Assembly: GCA_040756875.1 (NCBI GenBank)
Contig: JBFLYH010000001.1
Coordinates: 608,001 to 672,000, forward strand
Reading direction: 5' to 3'
Length of the DNA stretch: 64,000 nucleotides
Source of the DNA: a candidate division FCPU426 bacterium
GTDB taxonomy: Bacteria; Oederibacteriota; JAAXVQ01; JAUVAV01
Part shown: positions 10,403 to 20,962 of the stretch, one piece after another
Position numbering within the stretch: position 1 is the first letter of the stretch
How the letters are laid out: each line of letters begins with the position of its first letter
The notes under the pieces: generated by a model
Seen by the model: the letters and a program-made list of their open reading frames with translations, nothing else
Databases searched by the model: none
What the model was told of the DNA's origin: nothing
Position numbers and translations under genes: made by a program

Positions 10403-13400
10403 ATGGGGATGACGGCTTATTTCGTCAAACGACCGGTGACGATCAGCATGATTTTCCTTGGGATCACAGTGTTGGGTGTTGTTTCTTTGGCCCAACTTCC
10501 CGTGGAACTCATGCCCAATACCAGTTATCCCGTGGTTACCATCAATATCAATTACCCCGGCGTGCCACCCACCGAAGTTGAAAGCATGGTGACCATGAAA
10601 GTCGAGGAATCGGTCGCCACGGCCGCCCATCTGAGGAATATCGAGTCCTCTTCGGAGGATGGCAAATCCGAAACCATATTGGAATTCGAGCCGGGCACGG
10701 ATATGAATTTTGCGGCCCTTGAGGTACGCGAAAAATTCGCCAAAGTCCGCAACAAATTGCCCGAGGGCATCCGCAAGCCGATTTTAGGCAAGTACGACGT
10801 GGCCGATGCGCCTATCATGATCATGGCCATGCTCTCGGACACAGTCGCCACCGAATACATGCGTGAAATTGCGGACAAGGAATTAAAGGAACCGTTGAAC
10901 CGCGTTTCCGGAGTCTCCAACGTGGAGGTTTCCGGCGGACGAGAGCGGAAAATCCTGGTCGAAGTCGACCAAAGCCGTATTCAATCCTACGGGCTTTCCA
11001 TCGAACATATTGTGAAAGTCTTACATGATAACAACGTCAATCTCTTGGCGGGCAATTATGAGCGCGGCGATTACCGCTATCTGGTTCGCGCCATCGGCCA
11101 GTTCAACTCCATTAACGGCATCAAGCAGATCGGTGTGGCGGCAACACAGGAAGGGATGATCATTCGGCTGGGCGATGTTGCACGGGTATCAGATTCGTTT
11201 TTGGAAGCCGCCGGGTACGCACGTTACGATACGGCGGATACTGTATCGCTCTACATTCATAAAGAACGCCAGGCGAACACCATTCAGGTTTGCGACGGTA
11301 TTAAAGTGGCGATTAAGGAACTTGAGAAAAAGTTAAGGAGCGGAATCCGCTTGGTCACGGTTTTGGACCAATCGATCGGCATCCGCAGCGCCATTTCGAC
11401 GGTCAAGGATTCCTTGATCGAAGGGGCCATTCTGGCTGCGCTTATTCTGGTCATTACGCTGCGGAATTTTCGCAGCCCGTTGATCATTGCGGTTTCCATT
11501 CCCTTGGCCATTATCGCCACTTTTGTTCCCATGTTTTTCATGAACATCACCTTGAACACCATGACGCTCTCCGGGTTGGCGCTAGCCAGCGGTAGTTTGG
11601 TCGATGCGAGTATTGTCGTGCTGGATAATATTTTCAAACGGAACCGGGAGGGCATGCCGCTGAAGGAAGCGGTAGTGGTGGGGACCGAGGAAATGGGCCT
11701 GGCCATTGTTGCTTCGACTATCACGACGGTGGTGGTTTTTCTGCCCATGATCTTCGTTAACAAGGAAGTTCGCATGTTGTATGAAGGTCTGGCCATGACG
11801 GTTATTTTTTCCTTGATGGCCTCCTTGGTTGTAGCCCAAACTCTCCTGCCGGTAATTGCCGTGAAACTATTGAAGGCGGAAACAGTAGAGGTCAAACCTT
11901 GGACATACCGGGTCTATCCGAGTATCAAACAGGTATTTTTCACTGTTTATCGCAAATTACTTGGGTTGGCCATCCGTTTCCGTTATCCATTTTTAGGCAT
12001 AATGGTCCTGATGCTAGGAGTGGCGGTGTTTCTGAACACCAAGCTAGGTTCGGAATTTATGGGAAGCGTGGAACAAAACAAAGTGACAGTCAACCTCACG
12101 CTTCCAGCCGGGACCAAGCTGGACATTTCCAATGATATTGTCAAGCGCGTGGAACGGTTTTTGGCCAAAGTGCCGGAAGTGGAAAGCCTGTCATCCTTGG
12201 TAGAACAAAACCGGTCGGAAATCCACGTGGAATTCAAACCATCGGCCCAGCGTCGCCGTTCCACCAAGGAAATTCTAGACGATCTGCGTCCGCAATTGGC
12301 CCAGTTCCGTCCGGCTTATGTCTATTTCGAGGAAAAACAGGAAGTGGGCACTAAGACGCTGGTTTTGGACTTGTTTGGATATGATTATGTTATCCTGAAG
12401 CAACTCGCGATTTCCATCGCCAACCGCATGGAAACGCTTCCGGGTATGACGGATGTCCGCATCCGCATGAAGGAAGGGCGTCCGGAAATGCGTTTCATCG
12501 TGGATAAAGCCAAGGCCGCGGGATTTGATTTGAATGTTAAAACGCTGGCCGAGGAAATCAACACGCAGATGCGCGGTGTCATTGCCACCAATTATCACAC
12601 GGAAAGCACTGAAATCGAGACGATCGTACGCCTGCAGGAGCAGTTCCGCAAATCCCTGGATGACGTCAATAAATTGACGGTCGCCGCTCCCAACGGAGAC
12701 CAGATTTACTTATCGCAAATCGGCACTTTTTCACCAGGATTGGGGCCGTCGGAAATTTGGCGTAAAAATAAGTCCCGGATGATCCAAACTTCGGCCACGG
12801 TTTCCACGGACCTCGGCTCGGCAGTTAAAAAAGTCAGGGATGCCCTGACAGCCATTGATTTCCCAAAAGGATACTATTACCGTTTTGGCGGAAATTACGA
12901 AAAAATGATGGAGAGCTCACGCCAACTGTCGATGGCGGTTGTTTTAACTGTTATTCTGGTCTATATGGTATTGGCGGCGTTCTTCGAATCTTATTACCAG
13001 CCTTTTATCATTATGATATCCGTAGTCATGGCGGTTATTGGCGTAGTTATCGCCCTATACATCACCGGCAAACCGAAAAGCGTGGGTGTGTTCATCGGCA
13101 TGTTGATGCTGGCAGGCATGGTCGTCAACCCGGCGATCATCTTGGTGGATACGATCAACCAATTGACCCTGGAAGGGAAGAAACTCTACCGGGCTATTTT
13201 GTTGGCCTCGCAAAGCCGTTTACGGCCCATATGGATGACCGTATCCACGGCTATTTTGGGTTTATTGCCCATGGCGGTGGACACCAGTGAAAGTTCCAAC
13301 CTCTGGTCGCCTTTGGCCATCACCGTGGTGGGAGGATTGACGACGAGTACGATTTTAACTCTGTTGTTTGTGCCTTCGATCTATATTATTTTTGAGGATA

Positions 13401-13492
13401 TAGGCGCCTTAATCAGGAAAATATTTAATTGGCTACGGGTGAAAGTATTGGGTCTTGCACCTGTGCATACAACGCAACATGGCCCAGCCTAG
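10403..13492 (+). CDS. RND (AcrB/AcrD/AcrF family) permease subunit 2
   Basis: 1029 aa; FVKRPVT start; TM4 LVDASIVVLDNI; RLRPIWMT. Confidence 0.93.
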   Translation: MGMTAYFVKRPVTISMIFLGITVLGVVSLAQLPVELMPNTSYPVVTININYPGVPPTEVESMVTMKVEESVATAAHLRNIESSSEDGKSETILEFEPGTDMNFAALEVREKFAKVRNKLPEGIRKPILGKYDVADAPIMIMAMLSDTVATEYMREIADKELKEPLNRVSGVSNVEVSGGRERKILVEVDQSRIQSYGLSIEHIVKVLHDNNVNLLAGNYERGDYRYLVRAIGQFNSINGIKQIGVAATQEGMIIRLGDVARVSDSFLEAAGYARYDTADTVSLYIHKERQANTIQVCDGIKVAIKELEKKLRSGIRLVTVLDQSIGIRSAISTVKDSLIEGAILAALILVITLRNFRSPLIIAVSIPLAIIATFVPMFFMNITLNTMTLSGLALASGSLVDASIVVLDNIFKRNREGMPLKEAVVVGTEEMGLAIVASTITTVVVFLPMIFVNKEVRMLYEGLAMTVIFSLMASLVVAQTLLPVIAVKLLKAETVEVKPWTYRVYPSIKQVFFTVYRKLLGLAIRFRYPFLGIMVLMLGVAVFLNTKLGSEFMGSVEQNKVTVNLTLPAGTKLDISNDIVKRVERFLAKVPEVESLSSLVEQNRSEIHVEFKPSAQRRRSTKEILDDLRPQLAQFRPAYVYFEEKQEVGTKTLVLDLFGYDYVILKQLAISIANRMETLPGMTDVRIRMKEGRPEMRFIVDKAKAAGFDLNVKTLAEEINTQMRGVIATNYHTESTEIETIVRLQEQFRKSLDDVNKLTVAAPNGDQIYLSQIGTFSPGLGPSEIWRKNKSRMIQTSATVSTDLGSAVKKVRDALTAIDFPKGYYYRFGGNYEKMMESSRQLSMAVVLTVILVYMVLAAFFESYYQPFIIMISVVMAVIGVVIALYITGKPKSVGVFIGMLMLAGMVVNPAIILVDTINQLTLEGKKLYRAILLASQSRLRPIWMTVSTAILGLLPMAVDTSESSNLWSPLAITVVGGLTTSTILTLLFVPSIYIIFEDIGALIRKIFNWLRVKVLGLAPVHTTQHGPA

Positions 13493-13514
13493 ACCTCGCT
13501 CACAGGAGAATACT

Positions 13515-15464
13515 ATGCGTAGGTGGTTTTTAAGCATCTGCATGGCCCTCGGTCTTTTCGTCGGCCTGTCCGGATGGTTGTTGCCCGCGGCATCGGCCCA
13601 GGACGAAGAAGAAGAGATAATTTATGAAGATGTAACGGACGAAGAGGCCACTCAGCCTGCGGAAGAGGGCGCTGAAGAAGAAGTGTGGGAGGAATACATC
13701 GAAGAGCCGCAATCCGCAGCACCTGCCCCAACGCCCGCACCTGCGGCCCCGACCATGGCGCCCACACCCGCGCCGCAGGCCGAACCCGAAGATGAAGTGG
13801 TTGTAGAAGAGGAAGAGGAATATTTGCCTGAGCCGGAATTCGAAGCCCAACCGGCCAAACCGGCTCCGACGCCTGAAACAAAACAACAGACTTTGCCTCC
13901 GGTCATTGAGGAAGAGATGGAGGAGGAAGCCACCAGCGAGGAAGAGGAAATCTCAACGGAGGATTTTGGCGCCATCGAGGAAGAGGCGCCTGCAGCCGAA
14001 GAAAAAGGGCCCGAAGTCGAATATGAAGACGAATTCGGGGAGGAATACTGGGAGGAAGCACCGGAAGCCGCCCAGGAGATGGCTGAAATCGAAACAGCCC
14101 TCGAAGAGTCCCAAAAGATACCAACCGTGCTGACTTCACTGGAGGATTGTAAACGCGTCGCGCTGTTGAATGATCCGCGCATTCAGGTTGCCATACGGGA
14201 AGTGCGCTACGAACGCTATAAAGTGCTCCAGGCGGAGCGCGATTTCCTGCCCGCCTTGAAAGGCAATTGGGAAAAGCAGGAAGGTGAAACGGACACCAGC
14301 GGCGGTGGCAGTGCGGGCGGTGGCGGCAATTATAATGGATTGAAATACGGGCTGGAAACCACGCAGGTGGTCTTTCAGGGCGGTAAACTGACCTATACGC
14401 TGAAACAAGCCAAAACCGATTTGAATGTTGCCCGTAAAAAGTATGAACAAGCGAAACAGGAAGCCATCTACAAAGTGGAAAAAGCCTATTATGAGCTGGT
14501 CAAGACCCAAATGGTTTTTGAGATCCAGGCGGACCTTTCCAAAGCTGCGGAATCGGCCCTCTCCTTTTCACGCGAAGCCTATCGGCAGGGTTTGAATTCG
14601 TATCAGGAATTTCTCAACGTACAATCCCAAACCGACCATACCTATTACCAATTGCTGTCTTCGCAGCAGGACATCGCTTTGGCGGAAGTGGAACTTCGCA
14701 AGGCATGCAACGTTGATACCAGCATCGGCGTACAAATCAACGCCGTTTTGACCTTTACGGATTTTGACTTCAATTATTCTCTCGATGAGTGCCTGAGTCT
14801 GGGCTTTAAAAACCGTCCGGACCTGGCTGTCAACGAATTAACCACGCTTTCCGACCTTTACGGCATTAAAATTTCCATGGCGGAAGATCAGCCTAAAATC
14901 GAATTTGTCGGAAGCGTGGGTAAAAACGGCCAATCGCAGACCGGAGAAGGTCTGAACCTGAGCGACGAATGGTCGGTCAAGCTGCAAGCTACTTGGATCG
15001 TGGGCGCCAACTCGGCGCAATACAGCTGGGAAAAGAAAAAGAGCGTTCCGACCAAGTATGGCGCCCAAGACAACACCAAAGGCTCAAAAACCCAGTCTGT
15101 CTCCCTGGCCTTTTTCGATAAAATCGAGAATTTCGCCAACGTCGCCAAAAGTAAAGTGGACAAGGCCACTTCGGAAGCCGATCTGGTCGAATTACGGCAG
15201 AACGTGACCAAGGAAGTTGAAGAAAATTACTTTAATTACCAAAAAGCCATGACCATGGTGACAGCCTCCCTGTCCATGATTAAATTCAGGGAGAAGGATC
15301 TGGAAATCAACCGGGCCAAGCAAATGATGAATGAGATTCCGCTTTCACAGGTTTTGCAATCCGAATTACAATTGGGCGAGGAACGGGTAAATTATGTCCA
15401 GGCATTGTCGGACTATTACACTTCCATTTCCGGGTTGTTTAAAGCCATGGGTTTGTCTAAATAG
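13515..15464 (+). CDS. TolC-family outer-membrane factor with long acidic N-terminal extension
   Basis: RBS AGGAG; signal peptide; two OEP-like repeats (SLEDCKRVALLNDP, SLDECLSLGFKNRPDL); follows the RND genes. Confidence 0.85.
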   Translation: MRRWFLSICMALGLFVGLSGWLLPAASAQDEEEEIIYEDVTDEEATQPAEEGAEEEVWEEYIEEPQSAAPAPTPAPAAPTMAPTPAPQAEPEDEVVVEEEEEYLPEPEFEAQPAKPAPTPETKQQTLPPVIEEEMEEEATSEEEEISTEDFGAIEEEAPAAEEKGPEVEYEDEFGEEYWEEAPEAAQEMAEIETALEESQKIPTVLTSLEDCKRVALLNDPRIQVAIREVRYERYKVLQAERDFLPALKGNWEKQEGETDTSGGGSAGGGGNYNGLKYGLETTQVVFQGGKLTYTLKQAKTDLNVARKKYEQAKQEAIYKVEKAYYELVKTQMVFEIQADLSKAAESALSFSREAYRQGLNSYQEFLNVQSQTDHTYYQLLSSQQDIALAEVELRKACNVDTSIGVQINAVLTFTDFDFNYSLDECLSLGFKNRPDLAVNELTTLSDLYGIKISMAEDQPKIEFVGSVGKNGQSQTGEGLNLSDEWSVKLQATWIVGANSAQYSWEKKKSVPTKYGAQDNTKGSKTQSVSLAFFDKIENFANVAKSKVDKATSEADLVELRQNVTKEVEENYFNYQKAMTMVTASLSMIKFREKDLEINRAKQMMNEIPLSQVLQSELQLGEERVNYVQALSDYYTSISGLFKAMGLSK

Positions 15465-15465
15465 C

Positions 15466-15496
15466 CGCGGGACGGTATTGACGTAGCCGTCCCGCG
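15466..15496 (+). terminator. GC-rich hairpin after tolC (putative terminator or stabiliser)
   Basis: cgcgggacgg (15466-75) / ccgtcccgcg (15487-96) perfect 10-bp IR; no U-tract. Confidence 0.45.
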
Positions 15497-15522
15497 CGGA
15501 GAACCCTCGGCAGGTTCCCCCC

Positions 15523-15552
15523 TTGACAGTGCCGCGAGCCTATCAGTATAAT
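15523..15552 (+). promoter_or_regulatory. Sigma70-type promoter of the hom operon
   Basis: TTGACA (15523-28), 18 nt spacer, TATAAT (15547-52). Confidence 0.8.
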
Positions 15553-15636
15553 GCCGCTTTAAAAGTCGCCTTCGTGTTTGGCAAATAAAGGGAAAACCGC
15601 GCAGGGAAGGCCAAGAAAAGGGGACGGGAGTTCGCG

Positions 15637-16953
15637 ATGAGCGAAATGATTAAAGTGGGGTTGTTGGGATGGGGAACTGTCGGCGTGGGGGTGACGAAGG
15701 TATTTCAGAGGAATGCCGCGTTACTGGCCCAGCGCTCGGGAATCGAGATCGAGTTAGCCCGTATCGCCGATTTGAATTTGGAACGGGATCGAGGCGTGAA
15801 AGTCGACCGCAAGCTGTTGACGCCACGCGCGGAAGAAATCATCGACGATCCGGCCATTCAGATCGTGGTCGAATTGATCGGCGGCATTGAACCGGCCAAA
15901 ACCTTTATTTTGAAAGCGTTGAAAGCCGGCAAGCACGTGGTAACCGCCAATAAAGCACTCTTATCCGAGCATTGGGACGAGATCATGCGCACTGCCCGGG
16001 AATCCTCGGCGGATATTTATTTCGAGGCGGCGGTCGGCGGCGGTATTCCGGTCGTGCAGGCGTTGAACGATGGGCTGGCGCCCAACCGAATTCAGGGCAT
16101 CTACGGCATCATCAACGGGACATCCAATTATATCCTCACTCAAATGAAAAAAGGGCAGGATTTCAGCGAAGCTTTGAAGCAGGCCCAGGCCAAAGGCTTC
16201 GCCGAAGCGGATCCGACCTTGGATGTCGAAGGTGGAGACACCCGGCATAAACTGGTCATTCTGGCTTCGCTGGCTTTCGGCAAACGGGTGGATACGGATG
16301 ATGTATATGTGGAAGGCATCACCCATATTACCGCCCAGGACATTCTCTATGCGCGGGAAGAGCTGGACAAGGAAATCAAATTGTTGGGTATTGCCAAGCA
16401 AAATGAAGAAGGGAAAATACAGGTCAGGGTGCATCCCACGCTGATCCCGACTCAGCACCTGCTGGCCTCGGTCCAGGGCGTGTACAACGGCATTTATGTC
16501 GTCGGCGATGCGGTGGGCTCGACCATGTTTTATGGCAAGGGCGCCGGAGAGATGCCGACCGCTTCAGCCGTCGTTTCGGATATCATATTCATCGCCCGTA
16601 ATATTCACATGGGCGTCGCCGGCAATGTGCCGTCGGTCTATTATCTGCCGTCGCCGACCAAACGTAAACTGCCGGTGGAGCCGATCGCGGATCTTTTGAC
16701 CCAATATTACCTTCGCTTCACCGTGCGCGAAGAGATCGGCGTTATCGCGAAGATCGCGGGGATCCTCAGCGAAAAAAGCATTTCCCTGGCTTCAGTAATC
16801 CAAAAAGACACACATCGCGAGGACGCGGTTCCTTTGGTAATCACCACCCATAAAGCCAGGGAGAAGGACATCCTATCCGCCCTGGAGCAGATCGACCGGA
16901 TGCCGTTTGTGGTACAACCGACCTTGAAGATAAGGATGGAAAACATTGACTAA
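15637..16953 (+). CDS. hom: Homoserine dehydrogenase with ACT domain
   Basis: [41 protein letters not shown]-terminal ACT. Confidence 0.96.
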   Translation: MSEMIKVGLLGWGTVGVGVTKVFQRNAALLAQRSGIEIELARIADLNLERDRGVKVDRKLLTPRAEEIIDDPAIQIVVELIGGIEPAKTFILKALKAGKHVVTANKALLSEHWDEIMRTARESSADIYFEAAVGGGIPVVQALNDGLAPNRIQGIYGIINGTSNYILTQMKKGQDFSEALKQAQAKGFAEADPTLDVEGGDTRHKLVILASLAFGKRVDTDDVYVEGITHITAQDILYAREELDKEIKLLGIAKQNEEGKIQVRVHPTLIPTQHLLASVQGVYNGIYVVGDAVGSTMFYGKGAGEMPTASAVVSDIIFIARNIHMGVAGNVPSVYYLPSPTKRKLPVEPIADLLTQYYLRFTVREEIGVIAKIAGILSEKSISLASVIQKDTHREDAVPLVITTHKAREKDILSALEQIDRMPFVVQPTLKIRMENID

Positions 16954-18049
16954 GCATTTGGGTATCATCGAAAACTATCGTTCCTATCTTCCAGTAACGG
17001 ATCAAACACCCGTGGTAACTCTGTTGGAGGGGAATACGCCGCTCATTCCCGCGCCTTCATTGGCTGCTCTGGTGGGTATTGAGGGATTTCAGGTTTTTTT
17101 AAAGTACGAGGGCGCCAACCCGACTGGTTCGTTTAAGGATCGCGGTATGACGATGGCGATTTCCAAGGCCAAGGAAGCGGGTTCCAAGGCTGTCATTTGC
17201 GCTTCGACCGGAAACACTTCGGCTTCAGCTGCCGCTTATTCAGCCCGGGCGGGAATTACCTGTTTTGTCATTTTACCCAAAGGGGCGATCGCGCTGGGAA
17301 AATTGGCCCAGGCCATGATGCACGGAGCCAAGGTTATTGCAGTAAATGGCAACTTTGACCAAGCTTTGGAAATAGTTAAAGTAATATCCGATAAATACAA
17401 TGTAACTCTTGTAAATTCAATAAATCCATATAGAATAGAAGGGCAGAAAACCGGCGCTTTTGAGATTGTTGAACAACTAGGCGGGAAATGCCCTGATTTT
17501 CATTTTATTCCGGTAGGCAACGCGGGAAACATTACCGCCTATTGGAAAGGCTATTGCGAATACCAGCGGCTGGGAAAGATCAGAACCCTGCCGAAAATGA
17601 TGGGATGGCAAGCCGCCAAATCGGCGCCCATTGTCGAAGGGCATGCTATTTCACATCCTCAAACCATTGCCACGGCCATTAAAATCGGAAATCCCGCATC
17701 CTGGCAACAGGCGGTGGCGGCCCGGGATGAATCAAAAGGGATGATCGGCAAGGTGACAGATGATGAGATACTGTCCGCCTACCGTCATTTAAGCAGGGTA
17801 GAAGGCGTTTTTTGCGAACCTGCGTCCGCAGCCTCGGTGGCAGGGCTGATAAAATTGGCCGGGGAAGGATATTTCAAAAAAGAGGCACCTTCCTCCAGCA
17901 CCGCAGTCTGCATTCTAACCGGACATGGTTTAAAAGACCCGGATCGCGCTATCAGCGAATCCGCCAAATTTGTGACATGCGCGCCTAAGGTGGAGGCAGT
18001 ACTGAAAATCATGGCGCTTGAACGTTCATCCGGAAACAAGGACCACTGA
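16946..18049 (+). CDS. thrC: Threonine synthase
   Basis: TTG start overlapping hom; [34 protein letters not shown]. Confidence 0.96.
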   Translation: MTKHLGIIENYRSYLPVTDQTPVVTLLEGNTPLIPAPSLAALVGIEGFQVFLKYEGANPTGSFKDRGMTMAISKAKEAGSKAVICASTGNTSASAAAYSARAGITCFVILPKGAIALGKLAQAMMHGAKVIAVNGNFDQALEIVKVISDKYNVTLVNSINPYRIEGQKTGAFEIVEQLGGKCPDFHFIPVGNAGNITAYWKGYCEYQRLGKIRTLPKMMGWQAAKSAPIVEGHAISHPQTIATAIKIGNPASWQQAVAARDESKGMIGKVTDDEILSAYRHLSRVEGVFCEPASAASVAGLIKLAGEGYFKKEAPSSSTAVCILTGHGLKDPDRAISESAKFVTCAPKVEAVLKIMALERSSGNKDH

Positions 18050-18051
18050 AA

Positions 18052-19317
18052 ATGAAATACATTCTTCTGGTCGGAGACGGGATGGCTGATCATCCCCATC
18101 CGGAATTAGGCCAACGTACCCCTTTGCAGGCGGCCAACACGCCTAACCTGGATTTTCTCGCCTGCCATGGTATTTTCGGCACTGTGCATACCTTGGTTTC
18201 GGGGTATCCGCTGGGATCGGATGTTGCCAATTTAGTCTTGATGGGTTATGACCCGAAAGTGTATTACTCCGGCCGATCTCCCCTGGAAGCGGCCAACATC
18301 GGGGTGGATCTGGGCCCCAAAGACGTGGCGTTCCGCTGCAATCTGGTGTCGGTCCGCAATGGAATCATGCAGGATTTTTCATCCGGTCACATCCCCACGG
18401 ACGAAGCCAAGCCCCTTGTAAAGCTGCTTGATCAAAAATTTGGGACGGACAAGATCAAGTTCTACACAGGAACCAGCTACCGCCACCTGGTCGTTTGGCG
18501 GAACGGTCCTTTGCAGGCCCGCTGCACCCCGCCCCATGACATTAGCGGCCAGGAGATTGCCGGATACCTGCCCAAAGGGCCCGGGCATCGGGACCTGGTC
18601 CAGCTCATGCAGGATTCCCAGCTGCTGTTGGAGGGGCATGAAATCAACCGTGAACGCCGGCGCGAAGGCAAGCCGCCGGCCAATATGGCCTGGTTGTGGG
18701 GCCAGGGCACCAAACCCAACATGCCGACCCTAACCGAACGTTACCAACTCAGCGGCAGCGTGATTTCGGCCGTGGATCTGGTCAAAGGCATAGGTATTTA
18801 TGCTGGTTTATCGGTGGTGAACGTACCCGGCGCTACCGGTTATTTGGATACGAATTATGCCGGAAAGGTCGAAGCCGCTTTGAAGGTGTTAAAAAAGCAT
18901 GATTTTGTCTTTATTCACGTGGAAGCGCCGGACGAGTGCGGACACAATGGGGATGTAAAAGGCAAAGTGAAGGCCATTGAGGATTTCGATGAAAAAATCG
19001 TGGGAGCCGTACTGAAAGGCCTGGAAGGCGTGAAAGAATACCGTTTGCTGGTGTTGCCAGACCATCCCACGCCCCTGGATGTCCGTACGCATGTGGATGA
19101 GCCGGTGCCTTTTGTCATCTATCAGCCGGGCCGTGAGCCGAATGCGGGGATCACGGGGTACGATGAAACCCAAGCGGCCGCCTCGGGCACGCACTTGGAA
19201 GAAGGGTGGCGCTTGATGGATTTCTTCATTACCGGACAAAAACCGGAGCCTGAGCCTCAATCCCAGGAATCTCCGGATGCGACCCAAGCCGTTTCAAGCC
19301 AGGGGGAGGTTGCGTAA
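18052..19317 (+). CDS. Cofactor-independent phosphoglycerate mutase (archaeal ApgM type) / proposed homoserine kinase
   Basis: GDGMAD; GSDVANL; FIHVEAPDECGHNGD; PDHPTP...H; located in the thr operon. Confidence 0.88.
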   Translation: MKYILLVGDGMADHPHPELGQRTPLQAANTPNLDFLACHGIFGTVHTLVSGYPLGSDVANLVLMGYDPKVYYSGRSPLEAANIGVDLGPKDVAFRCNLVSVRNGIMQDFSSGHIPTDEAKPLVKLLDQKFGTDKIKFYTGTSYRHLVVWRNGPLQARCTPPHDISGQEIAGYLPKGPGHRDLVQLMQDSQLLLEGHEINRERRREGKPPANMAWLWGQGTKPNMPTLTERYQLSGSVISAVDLVKGIGIYAGLSVVNVPGATGYLDTNYAGKVEAALKVLKKHDFVFIHVEAPDECGHNGDVKGKVKAIEDFDEKIVGAVLKGLEGVKEYRLLVLPDHPTPLDVRTHVDEPVPFVIYQPGREPNAGITGYDETQAAASGTHLEEGWRLMDFFITGQKPEPEPQSQESPDATQAVSSQGEVA

Positions 19318-19319
19318 GG

Positions 19320-20546
19320 ATGCTAAAGAATCTTTCGGTCTTGAAATTCGGGGGCGCCACCCTGGCCACGCCGGAATTGATGAAAGGCGTGGCACAGAGG
19401 ATCAACGAGATCAAGAATCAAGGCAGTGATGTGGTGGTCGTGGTGTCGGCGCCGGGGGATATGACCGACGAATTGATCGCCAAGGCTAAAGCGATCACTC
19501 CCTTTCCGGACGAACGGGAGATGGACATGCTGCTGGCCACGGGCGAGCAACAATCCATCGCCCTGATGGCCATCGCCCTGAAATCCCTCAATTGCGATGC
19601 GATTTCATTCACGGGCCCCCAGGTGGGGATCATCACCGATGATGCGCACAACAAGGCCCGGATCGTCAAAATGGGCGGAGACAAAATCCGCAAAGCGCTT
19701 CATCTGGGAAAAGTTGTGATTGTGGCCGGTTTTCAAGGTGAAACCGAGGACGAGGAAATAACCACCCTGGGGCGGGGCGGATCGGATTTGACGGCAGTGG
19801 CTCTGGCAGCCGCCCTGAGCGCCACGATTTGCGAGTTTTACAAGGATGTGGACGGAGTGTTTACTGCGGATCCGCGAGTGGTGCCCAACGCCTCCAAGCT
19901 GAGTCAGCTGACCTACGATGAAATGCTGGAAATGGCCAGTTCGGGCGCCCAGGTACTGTTCAATCGCTCGGTCGAATTCGCCAAAAAGAACAAGATTGTA
20001 CTGCATGTCCGCTCCAGCACCAAACCGGATTCGGGCACGCTGATCATGGAGGAGGTCCGACAAATGGAAGGGGTTCTGGTTTCGGGAGTTACCCATACCA
20101 AGGATGAAGCTAAAATCACCATTCTGTGGGTGCCGGATAAACCCGGAATTGCCGCCAAGATATTCAGCCGCCTGGCGGATGAAGACCTGAATATCGACGT
20201 CATCGTGCAGGATATTTCGGAGGAAGGCTCCACCAACATTTCCTTCACGATTCCCGAAAAGGATCTGCCGAAAGCCAAACGCGTCGTGGAGGCTTTGGTG
20301 GCCGAGATCGGAGCCAAAGGATTCCAGGCGGATGACCGGATCGGCAAAGTCAGCGTGGTTGGAGTGGGTATGCGTTCACATTCCGGCGTGGCGGCGGCGA
20401 TGTTTCAAGCCTTGTATGAAAAGGGCATAAACATCCTGATGATTTCAACCTCGGAAATAAAGATATCCTGCATTGTGAACGAAGACCGGGTGGAAGAAGC
20501 AGTAAGGGCGATTCATGAGCGTTTCAAGCTGTCCAATCTGACTTGA
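19320..20546 (+). CDS. lysC: Aspartate kinase with two ACT domains
   Basis: KFGG; TTLGRGGSDLTA; DVDGVFTADPR; ISTSEIKIS. Confidence 0.95.
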   Translation: MLKNLSVLKFGGATLATPELMKGVAQRINEIKNQGSDVVVVVSAPGDMTDELIAKAKAITPFPDEREMDMLLATGEQQSIALMAIALKSLNCDAISFTGPQVGIITDDAHNKARIVKMGGDKIRKALHLGKVVIVAGFQGETEDEEITTLGRGGSDLTAVALAAALSATICEFYKDVDGVFTADPRVVPNASKLSQLTYDEMLEMASSGAQVLFNRSVEFAKKNKIVLHVRSSTKPDSGTLIMEEVRQMEGVLVSGVTHTKDEAKITILWVPDKPGIAAKIFSRLADEDLNIDVIVQDISEEGSTNISFTIPEKDLPKAKRVVEALVAEIGAKGFQADDRIGKVSVVGVGMRSHSGVAAAMFQALYEKGINILMISTSEIKISCIVNEDRVEEAVRAIHERFKLSNLT

Positions 20547-20638
20547 TTGCATAAAGGCTTAAAATAAGGGGATTTTCTCGCCGTTACACTTGACGGGGTA
20601 ATGAGGCCCGAAGGGGTCGTTAGGATCAAGAGGGATCA

Positions 20639-20962
20639 ATGCTTGACGTTAATGATCAGACGTTCGACCGGGAAGTAATCAAATCAGAAAGCCTGGTGGT
20701 CGTGGACTTTTGGGCTGCCTGGTGCGGACCCTGCCGCATGCTGGCACCGGTCGTGGAAGAATTCGCCCGCGATTACCAGGGGCGTTTGAAAGTATTCCGC
20801 CTGGACGTGGATGCCAATCCCAATGCTGCCGGGCGTTTTGCGATACGGTCCATCCCGTCCCTGCTTTTTTTTAAAAACGGCCGGCTGGTTAACCAGTTGG
20901 TCGGCGCCTGTACAAAATCCAAAATGGCATCAATTGCCGATGAAATTCTGGGCGGCCGATGA
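20639..20962 (+). CDS. trxA: Thioredoxin
   Basis: DFWAAWCGPC; IRSIP. Confidence 0.95.
   Translation: MLDVNDQTFDREVIKSESLVVVDFWAAWCGPCRMLAPVVEEFARDYQGRLKVFRLDVDANPNAAGRFAIRSIPSLLFFKNGRLVNQLVGACTKSKMASIADEILGGR

Noticed and set aside
15553-15636. T-box, riboswitch or leader peptide before hom
   Set aside because: Too short, with no T-box motif, terminator or Thr-rich peptide
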